Origin: Scyliorhinus canicula
Taxonomy: Eukaryota
Assembly: GCF_902713615.1 (NCBI RefSeq)
Contig: NC_052167.1
Span: forward strand, 558,001-622,000
Direction: 5' to 3'
Length of the DNA: 64,000 nt
The notes under the pieces are model-generated. The model worked only from the letters and a program-made list of their open reading frames with translations. It was not told the DNA's origin and ran no database searches. The number at the start of each line of letters is the position of its first letter. The stretch's first letter is position 1. The position numbers and the translations under genes are program-made. Below are positions 1 to 12,600 of the stretch, piece by piece.

Positions 1-104
1 GCTTGATCTGTCCAGCCTGTTTAATGTAATTTTGGTGTCTTGTGCATTTTAAGATATACTTGATGCACTGATAATGCCACCTCTTCATTTTCGCCGGCCC
101 GATA

Positions 105-1800
105 CAAAGAACAAAGAAATGTACAGCACAGGAACAGGCCCTTCGGCCCTCCAAGCCTGCGCCGACCATGCTGCCCGTCTAAACTAAAATCTTTTACACT
201 TCCGGGGTCCGTATCCCTCTATTCCCATCCTATTCATGTATTTGTCAAGATGTCCCTTAAACGTCACTATCGTCCCTGCTTCCACCACCTCCTCCGGCAG
301 CGAGTTCCAGGCACCCACTACCCTCTGTGTAAAAAAACTTGCTTCATACATCTGCTCTAAATCTTGCCCCCCGCGCCTTAAACCTATGCCCCCCAGTAAT
401 TGACCCCTCTACCCTGGGAAAAAGCCTCTGACTATCCACTCTGTCTATGCCCCTCATAATTTTGTAGACCTCTATCAGGTCGCCCCTCAACCTCCATCGT
501 TCCAGTGAGAACAAACCGAGTTTATTCAACCGCTCCTCATAGCTAATGCCCTCCATACCAGGCAACATCCTGGTAAATCTCTTCTGCACCCTCTCTAAAG
601 CCTCCACATCCTTCTGGTAGTGTGGCGACCAGAATTGAACACTATACTCCAAGTGTGGCCTAACTAAGGTTCTATACAGCTGCAACATGACTTGCTAATT
701 TTTATACTCAATGCCCCGGCCAATGAAGGCAAGCATGCCGTATGCCTTCGTGACTACCTTCTCCACCTGTGTTGCCCCTTTAAGTGGCCTGTGGACCTGT
801 ACACCTAGATCTCTCTGACTGTCAATACTCTTGAGGGTTTTACCATTCACTGTATATTCCCTACCTGCATTAGACCTTCCAAAATGAATTACCTCACATT
901 TGTCCGGATTAAACTCCATCTGCCATCTCTCCGCCCAAGTCTCAAACTGATCTAAATCCTGCTGTATCCTCTGACAGTCCTCATCGCTATCCGCAATTCC
1001 ACCAACCTTTGTGTCGTCTGCAAACTTACTAATCAGACCAGTTACGTTTTCCTCCAAATCATTTATATATACTACGAACAGCAAAGTTTCCAGCACTGAT
1101 CCCTGCGGAACACCACTAGTCACAGCCCTCCAATCAGAAAAGCACCCTTCCATTGCTACTCTCTGCCTTTTATGACTCAGCCAGTTCTGTATCCATCTTG
1201 CCAGCTCACCCCTGATCCCGTGTGACTGCACCTTTTGTACCAGTCTGCCATGAGGGACCTTATCAAAGGCCTTACTGAAGTCCATATAGACAACATCCAC
1301 TGCCCTACCTGCATCAATCATCTTTGTGACACAGAACATAGAACTGTACAGCACAGTACAGGCCCTTCGGCCCACGACGTTGTGCCAAACTAGTCTGAAA
1401 CTAAGATCAAATCAACCTACTCCCAATGTGACCTCCTCGAAAAACTCTATCAATTTAGTGAGACACGACCTCCCCTTCACAAAACCGTGCTGCCTCTCGC
1501 TACTGCGTCCACTTGCTTCCAAATGGGAGTAGATCCTGCCTCGAAGAATTCTCTCCAGTAATTTCCCTACCACTGACGTAAGGCTCACCGGCCTGTAGTT
1601 CCCTGGATTATCCTTGCTACCCTTCTTAAACAAAGGACCTATATTAGCTATTCTCCAGTCCTCCGGGACATCACCTGAAGACAGTGAGGATCCAAAGATT
1701 TTTGTCAAGGCCTCAGCAATTTCCTCTCCAGCCTCCTTCAATATTCTGGGGTAGATCCCATCAGACCCTGGGGACTTATCAACCATAATATTTTTCAAGA
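105..1800 (-). mobile_element. Young 5'-truncated CR1-clade LINE (HER1-like): RT domain and 3' end
   Basis: ORFs 1412..1798, 695..1375 and 344..688 give NYRPVSLTS, YMDFSKAFDKVPH, GVPQGSV, KFADDTK and LVRPHLEY. The 3' tail is cctgtgctgtacatttctttgttctttg. Confidence 0.92.
1331..1426 (-). mobile_element. Short HER1-type 3' fragment nested in the CR1 LINE
   Basis: HER1/HE1-type tail. Flanked by the 6-bp direct repeat tgtgac (1325-1330 and 1427-1432) and interrupts the host reading frame. Confidence 0.75.
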
Positions 1801-3225
1801 TACTCTACAAGTCCGGTGGTGGTGGCGACTCTGAGAATCTGGGACAGTTGGAGAGATATAAGAGAGTGGAGGGAGCATCGGTTTGGACCCCGATTTATAA
1901 TAATCATCAATTTGTACCGGGTAGGCTGGATGGTGGGTTCTGGAGATGGTGAAAGGCAGGAATTAGAAGGATGGGGTTTCTATTTATAGACGGGAGCTTC
2001 TCCAGCTTGAAAGCTTTGGAGGATAAATTTAAATTGCTAGCAGGGAACGGGTTTGGGTATTTTCAGGTGCGAGACTTCCTGAGAAAGCAGGTTCTGGCCT
2101 TCCCGCTGCTGCCGCCATGGGTGATACTGGACAGATTAGTCTCCAGTACCTGGTGGGAGAGGGGAACGTATCAGATATTTACCAGGAGCAGGGCAGCACG
2201 GTGGCGCAGTGGTTAGCACTGCTGCCTCACGGCGCTGAGGTCCCAGGTTCGATCCCGGCTCTGGGTCACTGTCCATGTGGAGTTTTCACATTCTCCCCGT
2301 GTTTGCGTGGGTTTCGCCCCCACAACCCAAAGATGTGCAGGGTAGGTGGATTGGCCATGCTAAATTGCCCCTTAATTGGAAAAAATTAATTGGGTACTCT
2401 AAATTTTTTAAAAAGATATTTACCAGGAGCTTTGGGAGGCGGACGAAACCCCGGTGGAGGGGCTTAAGGGCAAGTGGGAGGACGAGCTAGGAGGAGAGAT
2501 AGAGACAGGTCTGTGGGTGGATGCCCTAAGCAGCGTTAATACCTCCTCATCATGTTCCAGGCTTAGCCTGATACAATTTAAGGTAGCCCACTGGGCACAT
2601 ATGACTGTGGCCCGGATGAGCAAGTTTTTCGGGGTTGAGGATAGGTGTGCGAGGTGCACGGGAAGCCCAGCAAACCATGTCCACATGTTTTGGGCATGCC
2701 TGAAGCTTAGAGAGTTCTGGCAGGGTTTCGCTAAGGCAATGTCCACGGTACTAAAAACACAGGTGGTGCCGAATTTGGAGGTGGCGATCTTTGAAGTGTC
2801 AGAAGAGCCGGGAGTTTAGAGGGTGAAAGAGGCTGACGTCTTGGCCTTTGCCTCCCTGGTAGCTCGGAGACGGATCTTGTTAATGTGGAGGGACTCAAAG
2901 CCCCCGAGTGTAGAGACCTCTGGATTAGTGACATGGCTGGGTTTCTCAGTCTCGAAAAAATAAAGTTTGCTTTAAAATGTTCAATGGTCGGGTTCACCCG
3001 GAGGTGGCAGCTGTTCGTCGACTTTCTCGGGGAAAATTAAAATGTCAGCAGAAGCAGAATTCCAAAGGGGGAGGGGGCCGGGTTGTTGTTTCATGGGTGG
3101 GGTGTGTGCAGATTGGGATGGAGGGGGGGGGGAAATGTTTATTGTACCATGTTCATGGCATTGTTATTGTTGTTATTATTATAAAAACTTGCAAATACCC
3201 TCATAAAAATATTTTTTTACAAAAG
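1801..3225 (+). mobile_element. L1-clade LINE 3' portion (ORF2 C-terminus and 3' UTR)
   Basis: ORF 2454..2819 contains the CCHC-like motif RCARCTGSPANHVHMFWAC. It is followed by a G-rich 3' UTR and an A/T-rich end. Confidence 0.8.
2191..2413 (+). mobile_element. Short V-SINE (HE1-related, A-rich tail) inserted in L1
   Basis: tRNA A and B boxes plus V-domain. 17-bp TSD agatatttaccaggagc (2173-2189 and 2414-2430). Confidence 0.9.
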
Positions 3226-3320
3226 ATATACTCAACGCAATGGCTATACAATCCACTGGGAGAAATGGAAAACCAGATAATGTGGGGGGGGGGGGTTACA
3301 AATCTGGTAAAATAGTCTCT

Positions 3321-3610
3321 GGCAGCATGGTAGCACAAGTGGATAGCACTGTGGCTTCACAGCACCAGGGTCCCAGGTTCGATTCCCCACTGGGTCACTG
3401 TCTGTGCGGAGTCTGCACGTTCTCCCCATGTCTGCATGGGTTTCCTCCGGGTGCTCTGGTTTCCTCCCACAGTCCAAAGACTTGTAGGATAGGTGGATTG
3501 GCCATGATAAATTGCCCTTGGGTTACGGGGATAGGGTGGAAGTGAGGGCTTAAGTGGGTTGATGCAGACTCGATGGGCTGAATGGCCTTCTTCTGCACTC
3601 TATGTTCTAT
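3321..3610 (+). mobile_element. HE1-type V-SINE (HER1 tail)
   Basis: tRNA head, V-domain (gggtttcctccgggtgctc...cccacagtccaaaga) and tail gaatggccttcttctgcactctatgttctat. Confidence 0.88.
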
Positions 3611-3883
3611 TTAACATCTTCAGGATGCCCAAGTTGAAATCCTGCTCAATTTGCCATCTCTTAATTTAAATGGGCAGCGGATGAGCCAGGCTCCCTTGTG
3701 GCCATGCAGTCCTCCCCACCTCATTCACCTCCAATTTGTAGCACCTAGTAGTGATCCATCAAGAGCAGGATTAAATCTACTCTGCCCATTGCTATCCCAA
3801 GTTAAAGCTATTCAACAGCATCATTTCAGCCTACCGTAGGGCTGGATACTGCATGAGAAACAAGCCAACATAGATCAGCTGGT

Positions 3884-4108
3884 GGCAGCACAGTGGCGCA
3901 GTGGGTTAGCCCTGCTGCCTCATGGCGCCGAGGTCCCAGGTTCGATCCCGGCTCTGGGTCACTGTCCGTGTGGAGTTTGCACATTCGCGCCATGTTTGCG
4001 TGGGTTTCACCCCCACAACACAAAAGATGTGCAGAGTAGGTGGATTGGCTACGCTAAATTGCCCCTTAATTGGAAAAAATGAATTAGGTACTCTAAATTT
4101 AAAAACAA
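3884..4108 (+). mobile_element. Short V-SINE
   Basis: 17-bp TSD aacatagatcagc(t/c)ggt (3867-3883 and 4109-4125). Confidence 0.88.
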
Positions 4109-4125
4109 AACATAGATCAGCCGGT

Positions 4126-4498
4126 AGTATCTCTTGCTTCGGAGTTGGGATGTCATGATTTCAAGCCCCGCCCACTCTAGGACTTGAGCATATAATCTAA
4201 ACCAACTGTTGAGACACTGCCGTATTGCTGGAACATTAGCACAACGCCACCCGCAGGTGAAGTAATTTGAATAACATCACTTGAGGTTTTTATTCAACAT
4301 TCCACCCTCTGCCATCAAAATCAGGGTAACGGTCACGTTATCGCTGTTGCTTTTTTGTGGGATCTTCCTCTGCACAGATTGGCCGCCATATGTGCATACA
4401 TAACAACAGTGACTACAATTCAAAAGTGCCTCATTTTGTAGGAGTTGCTTTGGGGCCGGTGACTGGAAACGTGCTCTTTAAATGCCATTTGTTCTTTT
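4126..4498 (+). mobile_element. Old Deu-domain SINE (SacSINE1/AmnSINE1-like)
   Basis: Degenerate Deu-SINE 3' part: tgtgggatcttcctctgcacagattggccgcc...acaacagtgactacaattcaaaag. Confidence 0.6.
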
Positions 4499-4996
4499 GA
4501 CTGGAAGGTTAAACCATTTTTTAGTCAGATTTTTAAAAATATATAATACGGGCAAACAGATGGAAATACCTGTGTGATTACTGGACCCTGAAAAGGTTAA
4601 CCTGAAATGAAACTCCAGTAACAGGGCAATTTAATCTGCTGCGTGAGCATTTGCCTATTTAATTTTTTATAATGGTTCTTTCAACGACCATCACAAAGAC
4701 AGCCCTTGTTACAAGCTCCTCTCTCGCTAAGTGTAATTGTTCCAGGGGTGCTAGCTTCCTGATACATGATGGCCCTACTGTGTGGCCGCTGTTCTCCAAT
4801 CAGATATTTTGTAAGCAGTTCCTCTGAGAAGCTGGCAGGTTTATCTTCAGGTAGAAGGGGATGCTAAGGACCACTGTATTGCTAACTGTCAGCTCGGTGT
4901 TTTCACAGATGAAAATAAGTTGGCGCAAAGGCCTATTTCCTATTACAATTCATTAAAGCGAGCAAGATTTGGGGACATCTGGGTTCAACATTAGTC

Positions 4997-5237
4997 GGCG
5001 GCACGGTGGCACAGTGGTTAGCACTGCCACCTCACAGCACCAGGGCCTCTGGTTCGATTCCAGCCTTGGTTAGGTGGATTGGCCATGCTAAATTGCCCCT
5101 TAGTGTCAAAAGGTCAGGGAGGGTTACAGGGATGGGGAGGGGGCCTCGGTGGGGTACTCTTTCAGAGGGTCGGTGCAGACCCAATGGGCCGAATGGTTCC
5201 TTAAGCACTGTAGGGATTCTATGATTCTATTCTATGA
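4997..5237 (+). mobile_element. HE1-type SINE with an internal deletion
   Basis: The head is joined directly to ggttaggtggattggccatgc. HER1-type tail with ttctatg repeats. Confidence 0.75.
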
Positions 5238-5394
5238 AAAAGCACAAAAAGGAAAGGCTTGCATTTATATAGCACCTCGCGTGACCACTGGAGTCCCAAA
5301 GCACTCTGCAACTGTGATGAATGTAGGATTTTTATAATATATATTGTATTATGTGTCTGTTGCAGTTACCGGGGGCTGTTGTTATTAAACGGTT

Positions 5395-5990
5395 TTGGAC
5401 TGGGGAGAGTGGATTTTAGTAAAATAAGGCATGATCTGGCCAAGGCAGACTGGAAAGAGTTACTCAGGGGGAAATCTACAGAATAGCAGCGAGGTGGGGG
5501 GTGTTCAAAAAGTAAATGGGGAGGGTACAGGCCCAACATGTTCTCTCTCGGGTAATAGGAAGGAGTAACAAGCCCAGAGAACCGTCGATGACCAGAGACA
5601 TTCATGAGAAGGAAAAGAGAGGCTTTTAGCAAGTCCAAGGGGAACCAATCAACGGAGGCTTTAGTGGAGGATGGAGCTGAGGAGAGCAAAGAGGAGATTT
5701 GAGAAAGCTCGGGCTGGTAAAAGTGGGGGAAATCCCAAGATATTCTATAAGTACATCAATGGGAAGAGGATAACCGGGGTAAGAGTAGGGCCCATTAGAA
5801 AGGGGGAAAGGGTGGAGCCAGAGGACATTGTTAGGGTGTTGAATGAATACTTCACATTCACCCAAGAGAATGAGGAGGTTGATATGGAACTCGGGGAGAG
5901 AGACGGTGAGGTTCTTGAGTGTTGGCAGGTTCAAAGGTGGACAAATCTCCAGGTCTGGATGAGTTGTGCCCCTGGATGCTGTGGGAGGCA
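5395..5990 (+). mobile_element. Degraded CR1 ORF2 fragment
   Basis: ORF 5671..6030 contains NPKIFYKYINGKRITGVRVGPI and VLNEYF, typical of the CR1 EN-RT linker. Confidence 0.7.
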
Positions 5991-6065
5991 AGGCACAATA
6001 CACAGCATGATGTGTTCACAGTGGGACTAGGGCTATAGTGCTTTACATATGCCAAACATTGTTAA

Positions 6066-6205
6066 TTTTTAAAAATATAAATTTAGAATACCCAATTATT
6101 TTTATTTCCAATTAAGGGGCAATTTAGCGTGGCCAATCCACCTAACCTGCACATATTTGGATATTTGGATTGTGGGGGTGAAACCCACGCAGACATGGGG
6201 AGAAG
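6066..6205 (-). mobile_element. 5'-truncated short V-SINE
   Basis: Carries the tail ccccttaattggaaataaaaataattgggtattctaaattt on the minus strand. Confidence 0.8.
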
Positions 6206-6291
6206 ATGGGGAGATGTGTCTGGTGGTGGTATCATGCTGGAGTTGGCAGAAAGGGCAATGGATGATCCTTTGGATGCAGAGGCTGGCTGGT

Positions 6292-6610
6292 GGGCAGCAC
6301 GGTAGCACAAGTGGATAGCACTGTGGCTTCACAGCGCCAGGGTCCCAGGTTCGATTCCGGCTGGTTCACTGTCTGTGCGGAGTCTGCACGTTCTCCCCGT
6401 GTCTGAGTGGGTTTCCTCCGGGTGCTTTGGTTTCCTCCCACAGTCCAAAGACGTGCAGGTTAGGTGGATTGGCCATGATAAATTGCCCTCAGTGACCTAA
6501 AAGGTTAGGAGGGGTTATTGGGTTACGGGGATAGAGTGGAAGTGAGGGCTTAAGTGGGTCGGAGCAGACTCAATGGGTCGAATGGCCTCCTTCTGCACTG
6601 TATGTTCTAT
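6292..6610 (+). mobile_element. HE1-type V-SINE (HER1 tail)
   Basis: Complete head, V-domain and tail. Confidence 0.88.
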
Positions 6611-6654
6611 CTTGTTCTGATAGAAAGTAAGGACAAGGGGGGCCCTATTATACT

Positions 6655-6967
6655 ACTAATAATAATCTTTATTATTGTCACAAATAGGCTTACATTAACA
6701 CTGCAATGAAGTTACTGTGAAAATCCCCCAGTCACCACATTCCAGCACCTGTTCGGGTGCACAGAGGGAGAATTCAGAATGTCCAATTCACATAACAAGC
6801 ATGTCTTTCGGGATTTGAGGAGGGAAACCGGAGCACCTGGAGGAAACCCACGCAGACACGGGGAGAACGTGCAGACTCCACACACACAGTAAACCCAAGC
6901 CGGGAATCAAACCTGGGACCCTGGCTCTGTGAAGCAACAGTGTTAACCACTGAGCTACCGTGCCGCC
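6655..6967 (-). mobile_element. V-SINE with a Rex1-type 3' tail
   Basis: V-domain followed by ttttcacagtaacttcattgcag...tgtgacaataataaagattattatt instead of the HER1 tail. Confidence 0.75.
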
Positions 6968-7234
6968 GATGGCTCTACGAGGGAGGGGAAGGGGTGAGGT
7001 CAGAAGTAAGGTGGATCGGACATGGTTGAGGGCCCTGTCAACCACAGTGGAAGGGGGGGGCATTTTGGAAGGTGGCATCATTGGACTACAGAAAGGAATG
7101 TTCCACATACCACACAAAAAGACAGGCATAACTGGTGCCTATGTGAGGATCCATAGCAGCACCTTTTATTTGGAGAAAGTGTCATTTTTGTTATATTTAT
7201 TGATTGTTTTTATTTTTTATAAAGAGGGACTGTT

Positions 7235-7539
7235 AACATGTCCAGGCAGCAGATGGTCCAGGGTGCCATCCAGAACTCTGCCCCTCTACCGCGACTACAT
7301 TTACAGCTGGGTAGGCTTAGAGAAAGTGCACGTGGTGACCACTGGTATGCTTCAGGCCTTCCATGACCGCTGGACTCGGCGGGATCTGGGGTGCATCATC
7401 ACCCCTGGGAATGACATTGTGGTTTAGTCGTTAAGTTTCCTTTTGACGCTTTGTTTGAGTTACAGTGCCCCACCAGGCCTGTCATCCCCTGGGATCTTTG
7501 TTTAATTTATTGACCCTTTTTGTGTTATTAAAAGAGTAC
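7235..7539 (+). mobile_element. 5'-truncated Tx1-like LINE 3' end
   Basis: Encodes LPLYRDYIYSWVGLEKVHVVTTGMLQAFHDRWTRRDLGCIITPGNDIVV*. 14-bp TSD aaagagggactgtt (7221-7234 and 7540-7553). Confidence 0.65.
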
Positions 7540-8002
7540 AAAGAGGGACTGTTGGGATACTGGGGTCGGAGGCAGAGACGTGTAATTCTGAATTCTGTAC
7601 ATCAATCTACTAAAGAAAGATTTGGGTCTAGATTCATACTTCATCATGTGGCTTGGGACCCGCTCATGTCTGGTGGTTGTATTTTCAGACAGCTAGAATG
7701 ACCGGCTAATACAATTTAAGTTTGTTAAAAATCCCTGGATCTGATAAATGAATCGTTCAGCAGATAATACAAACCCTAATCACAAGGTCTCGACTTCAGG
7801 CATTTAAACACATATTGGAAAAATACTCCAGTTTCTGGACAATGGTTACAAGGTTATTTCTCTTTTCCTGACATAATATTCTACATTGCTCTAGTTTGAT
7901 ATTTTTATTTTCTATACACAATTTTCTCCTAGCTTGCTCTCTCTCTCAATCTTTACACCAAAAAGATGTAACACAATGGTGCAGGTTAAGTTCTCAGTCC
8001 GA

Positions 8003-8214
8003 GGGCAGCACGGTGGCCTAGTGGTTAGCACAACCGCCTCACGGCGCTGAGGTCCCAGGTTCGATCCCGGCTCTGGGTCACTGTCCGTGTGGAGTTTGCA
8101 CATTCTCCCCGTGTCTGCGTGGGTTTCGCCCCCACAACCCAAAAAAAATGTGCAGAGTAGGTGGATTGGCGAAGCTAAATTTCCCCCTTAATTGGAAAAA
8201 ATAATTGGATAATC
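8003..8214 (+). mobile_element. Short V-SINE
   Basis: 14-bp TSD taagttctcagtcc (7987-8000 and 8215-8228). Confidence 0.88.
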
Positions 8215-8360
8215 TAAGTTCTCAGTCCAGATCCAGACTCCATGGTATATTTTCTGTTGCACTCTGCCCAAGCGGGAATAGGCCTATAGGTCATTTGAAT
8301 AGTTGCCTCATGATGGTGTCCAGCGCCATAGCTTTGCTCCACCATTCTGCTCCTATTTAA

Positions 8361-8687
8361 TCATAGAATTTACAGTGCAGAAGGAGGCCATTCGGCCCAT
8401 CGCGTCTGCACCGGCTCTTGGAAAGAGCACCCTACCCAAGGTCAACACCTCCACCTTATCCCCATAACCTAGGAACCCCACCCAACACTAAGGGCAATTT
8501 AGAATGGCCAATCCACCGAACCTGCACGTCTTTGGACTGTGGGAGGAAACCAGAGCACCCGGAGGAAACCCACGCACACACGGGGAGGACGTGCAGACTC
8601 CGCACAGACAGTGAGCCAAGCCGGAATCGAACCTGGGACCTGGAGCTGTGAAGCATTTGTGCTAACCACTAGTCTACCGTGCTGCCC
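8361..8687 (-). mobile_element. HE1-type V-SINE
   Basis: Full head, V-domain and HER1 tail on the minus strand. Confidence 0.88.
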
Positions 8688-8884
8688 TATGCTCCTCAGT
8701 TACTTTGGTCAGGTGAACCAGTTCACAACCTTCCACTTTGCGGTGTGGCTGACCTGTAGTTCCATTTGCGGTGCTCTCCCATGCTGCCGATGTGCATTAC
8801 CTGCGCTTATTAATCAGGGAGCCCAGCAGGATCAAGAAGACTTGTGTCAGAGTTTAATCTCTTTGTAGTCTGTGCTGTGACCCC

Positions 8885-9430
8885 GGGCGGGATTCTCTGA
8901 TAATAGGGCTAAATGTTGATGCCGTCGTAAATGTCAGAGCATCATCTGGCCGCTGGGAACAGCGATCCTGAGCCACACAGGGGGCCAGCACGGCTTTGGA
9001 GCACCTCATGCAGCTCCAGCTGCCGATACGGGCGCAGGTCCGCGCATGCGCGTGGGTTGCTGTCTCCACGTCGGCCCCCAGGCAACATGGTGGAGCACTA
9101 CAGGGACCCGACGCAGCGGCCACCCCCCCCCCAACCCCCAACTCCCGGATTTGGATCACCCCTTCCTCCCACGAGGACGGTCCTCGCAGCCAGAACGCCA
9201 AAGTCCCACTGGGTAGGACCACACGCGAACGACGGCGGCAGAACTCTGTGGGCATTCGGCCCGTCGAGTGCGGAAAATCGCCCGCGGGGCCGCGTTGAGT
9301 GGGCTCCGACTGATGGCGACCGCGCCGGTCCATTGGCGGCCCGGCTTCGGAGCGGCGTCGCGGGATTCACCCCCCCCCCCCCCCCTCCCGGCGATTCTCC
9401 AACCTGCTGCAGGATCGGAGAATCCCGCCC
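8885..9430. mobile_element. GC-rich non-autonomous DNA transposon (MITE, possibly PIF/Harbinger)
   Basis: 13-bp TIRs gggcgggattctc and gagaatcccgccc around a CpG-rich interior. The superfamily is inferred only from the GGGC-starting TIR. Confidence 0.7.
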
Positions 9431-9629
9431 CCGGTATCTGCAATAGAAATCAAGTGTTTTCTCCATCAGTACACAGATTTAAGGAGATAGGCAGAAGAAC
9501 CACAGGCAAGAAAAATAAATGTTTCTAGATTGTGTGTTTTAATTGGAATTGCACTGCCTGAAAGCTTCAATTGTGACTTTCAAAGGGCTTTGGATGAAAC
9601 ATATGAAAGAGGAAAAGATGAGCAAGCGC

Positions 9630-12600
9630 AGGAAATGTGTCCAGCTATAGTCCTGTTAGACCGCTTGACGGCTCTGGAGCTGCGGATGGACTCACCTTGA
9701 AGCATCCACAATGCTGAGAAAGTTGTGGATAGCACGTTTAGCGAGTTGGTCACACCGCAGATAAAGAGTGCGCATCAGACAGAGGAAGAGTAGGAAGGCA
9801 GTGCAGGGGTTCCCTGTGGTCATCTCCCTCCAAAACAGGTATACCGTTTTGGATACTGTTAGGAGAAATGGCTCACCAGGTTCATGGCACCGTGGCTGGC
9901 TCTGCTGCGCAGGAGGGCAGGAGGAAGAGTGGTATAGCTATAGTGATAGGGGATTTGATTGTAAGGGGAGCAGATAGGCATTTCTGCGGACGCAAACGAG
10001 ACTCCAGAAGGTATGTTGCCTCACGGGTGCGAGGGTCCTGGATGTCTCAGAGCGGCTGCAGGACATTCTAAAGGGGGAGGGCAAACAGCCAGTGGTGCAC
10101 ATAGGCACCAATGATAGAGGTAAAAAAACAGGATGAGGTCCTACATGCTGAATTTAGGGAGTTAGGAGATAAACTAAAAAGCAGGACCTCAAAGGTAGTA
10201 CTCTCGAGATTGCTACCAGTGCCACGTACTAGTCAGAGTAGGAATGACAGGATAGAAAGGATGAATGCGTGGCTCAAGAGATGGTGCAGGAGGGAGGGAT
10301 TCAGATATTTTGGATATTGGAACCGGTCCTGGGAGAGGTGGGATCATTACAAATCAGACGGTCTACACCTGGGCAGGACTGGAACCAATGTCCTTGGGGG
10401 GGGGGGGGGGTGTTGTGGGGTTGTGTGGTTGTGTGCTGGTGCTGTTGGGGAGGGCTTAAACTAATGTGGCAGAGGGATGGGAACCAATGCAGGAAGTCGG
10501 AGGGTAGTAAGGAGAGGATAGAAAAAAAGTCAGTAAGGATAAAAGTGGAAGGCAGAGAAACAGATTGAACTGTGTTTATTTCAATGCAAGAGGCCTAACG
10601 GGCAAGGCAGATGAACTCAGGGTGTGGATAGGTACATGGGACTGGGATATTATAGCTATTACTGAAACATGGCTGAAGGAGGGGCAGGACTGACAGCTCA
10701 ATATTCCGGGGTACAGATGCTATAGGAAAGATAGGACAGGAGGTAAGAGAGGAGAGGGAGTTGAGTTTTTGATTAGGGACAACATCACAGCAGTACAGAG
10801 AGAGGATGTATCCAAGGGTTCGCCCACTGAGTCTATATGGGTAGAACTGAAAAATAAGAATGGTGAGATCACTTTGATAGGACTGTACTATAGGCCCCCA
10901 AATAGTCAGCGGGAAATCGAGAAGCAAATACGTAAAGAGATTACAGATAGCTGCCGGGAAAATAGAGTGGTAATAGTTGGGGACTTTAACTTTCCCAACA
11001 TTAACTGGGACAGCCGTAGCACTCGGGGTTCGGATGGAGAGAAATTTGTTGAGTGCATTCAGGAAGAATTCCTCATTCAGTATGTGAATGGCCCAACCAG
11101 GGAGGGGACAAAACTTGACCTCCTCTTGGAGAATAAGGAAGGGCAGGTGACGGAAGTGTTGATGAGGGATCATTTTGGGACCAGTGACCATAATTCCATT
11201 AGTTTTAAGATACTTATGGATTTTAAAAGTTCATAATTTTAAGTTAAAGTTTTAAATTGGGGCAAGGCCAATTTCGAGGGTATTAGGCGGGAACTTTCAA
11301 AAGTTGATTGGGGTGCCGATTTACAGGCAAGGGGACAGCTGGTAAGTGGGAATCTTTTGAAAAGATGTTAACTAGGGTTCAAGGTGATCCTATTTCTCTT
11401 GGAGTGAAGGGTAAGGCTGGGAGAAGAAGGGAACCCAGGATGACTCGGGATATTGAGGCCATCATCAAAAGGAAGAAGGAGGCATATGACATGCATAGGC
11501 AGCTGGGATCAAATGTGTATCCCTTGAAGAGTATAGGGCTTGGCGGAGTAGAGTTAAGAGAGAAATCAGGAGGGCAAAAAGGGGACATGAGATTGTCTTG
11601 GCCTATAAGGGAAAGAAAAATCCAAAGATTTTTACAGACACATAAAGGGTAAAAGGGTGACTAGGGAGAGGGTTGGGCCTCTTGAGGATAAACAAGGTCA
11701 TCTATGTGCAGATCCACAAGGGACGGGAGAGGTCCGAAATGAATATTTCTCATCAGTATTTACTGTTGAGAAAGGAACGAATGTTAGGGAAATTAAAAGT
11801 GATGTCTTGAGGAGTGTACATATTATATAGAAGGAGGTGCTGGAGGTATTAAAACGCATCAAGATAGATAAATCCCTGGGATCTGATTAAATTTATCCCA
11901 GGATGTTGTGGGAGGCTCGGGAGGAAATTGCCGGCCCCCCAGCTGAGGTATTTGAATCAACAACAGCCACAGGAGAGGTACCTGAAGATTGGAGGGTAGC
12001 AAATATTGTGCCCTTGTTTAAGAAGAGCTGTGGGGATAAGCCTGGGAACTACAGACTGGTTAGCCTGACTTCTGTAGCGGGTAAAATGTTAGAAGGTATT
12101 CTGAGGGGCAGGATCTACAGGCATTTAGATAGGCAAGGGCTAATTAGGGAAAGTCAGCATGGCTTTTTGTAAGGGGAAAGTCATGTCTCACCAATCTGAG
12201 TTTTTTGAAGGGGTAACCAAGCAGGTAGATGAGGGCAGTGCAGTCGACATTGTCTATATGGACTTCAGCAAGACCTTTGACAAGGTACCGCATGGTAGAT
12301 TGTTGCAAAAGGTTAAATCTCACGGAATCCAGGGTGAGGTAGCCAATTGGATACAAAATTGGCTTGGTGACCAAAGCCAAAGGGTGGTTGTGTAAGGTGG
12401 GTTTTCAAACTGGAGGCCTGTGGCCAGCACTGTGCCTCAGGGATCAGTGCTGGGTCCACTGTTATTTGTTATATATATACTAATGATTTGAATGTAGGAG
12501 GCATGGTTAGCAAGTTTACAGATGACACCAAGCTTGGTGGCATAGTGGATAGTGAAGAGGGTTATAGAAGATTGCAACAGGACCTTGACCAATTGGGCCA

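Larger units (their letters stand above)
6208..7185 (-). mobile_element. Old Penelope-like element ORF remnant, split by two SINE insertions
   Basis: Minus-strand peptides FLQIKGAAMDPHIGTSYACLFVWYVEHSF (resembles the PLE RT GxAMG region), PSTVVDRALNHVRS and SLCIQRIIHCPFCQLQHDTTTRHI. Confidence 0.65.

Noticed and set aside
2191-2270. tRNA gene-like A/B boxes here and in many other copies
   Set aside because: They are SINE heads that continue into V-domain bodies with TSDs, not tRNA genes.
8854-9528. Cluster of GC-rich ORFs / CpG island-like patch (also 20357-21068)
   Set aside because: Both patches are bounded by TIRs and related to each other, so they are MITEs rather than genes or promoters.
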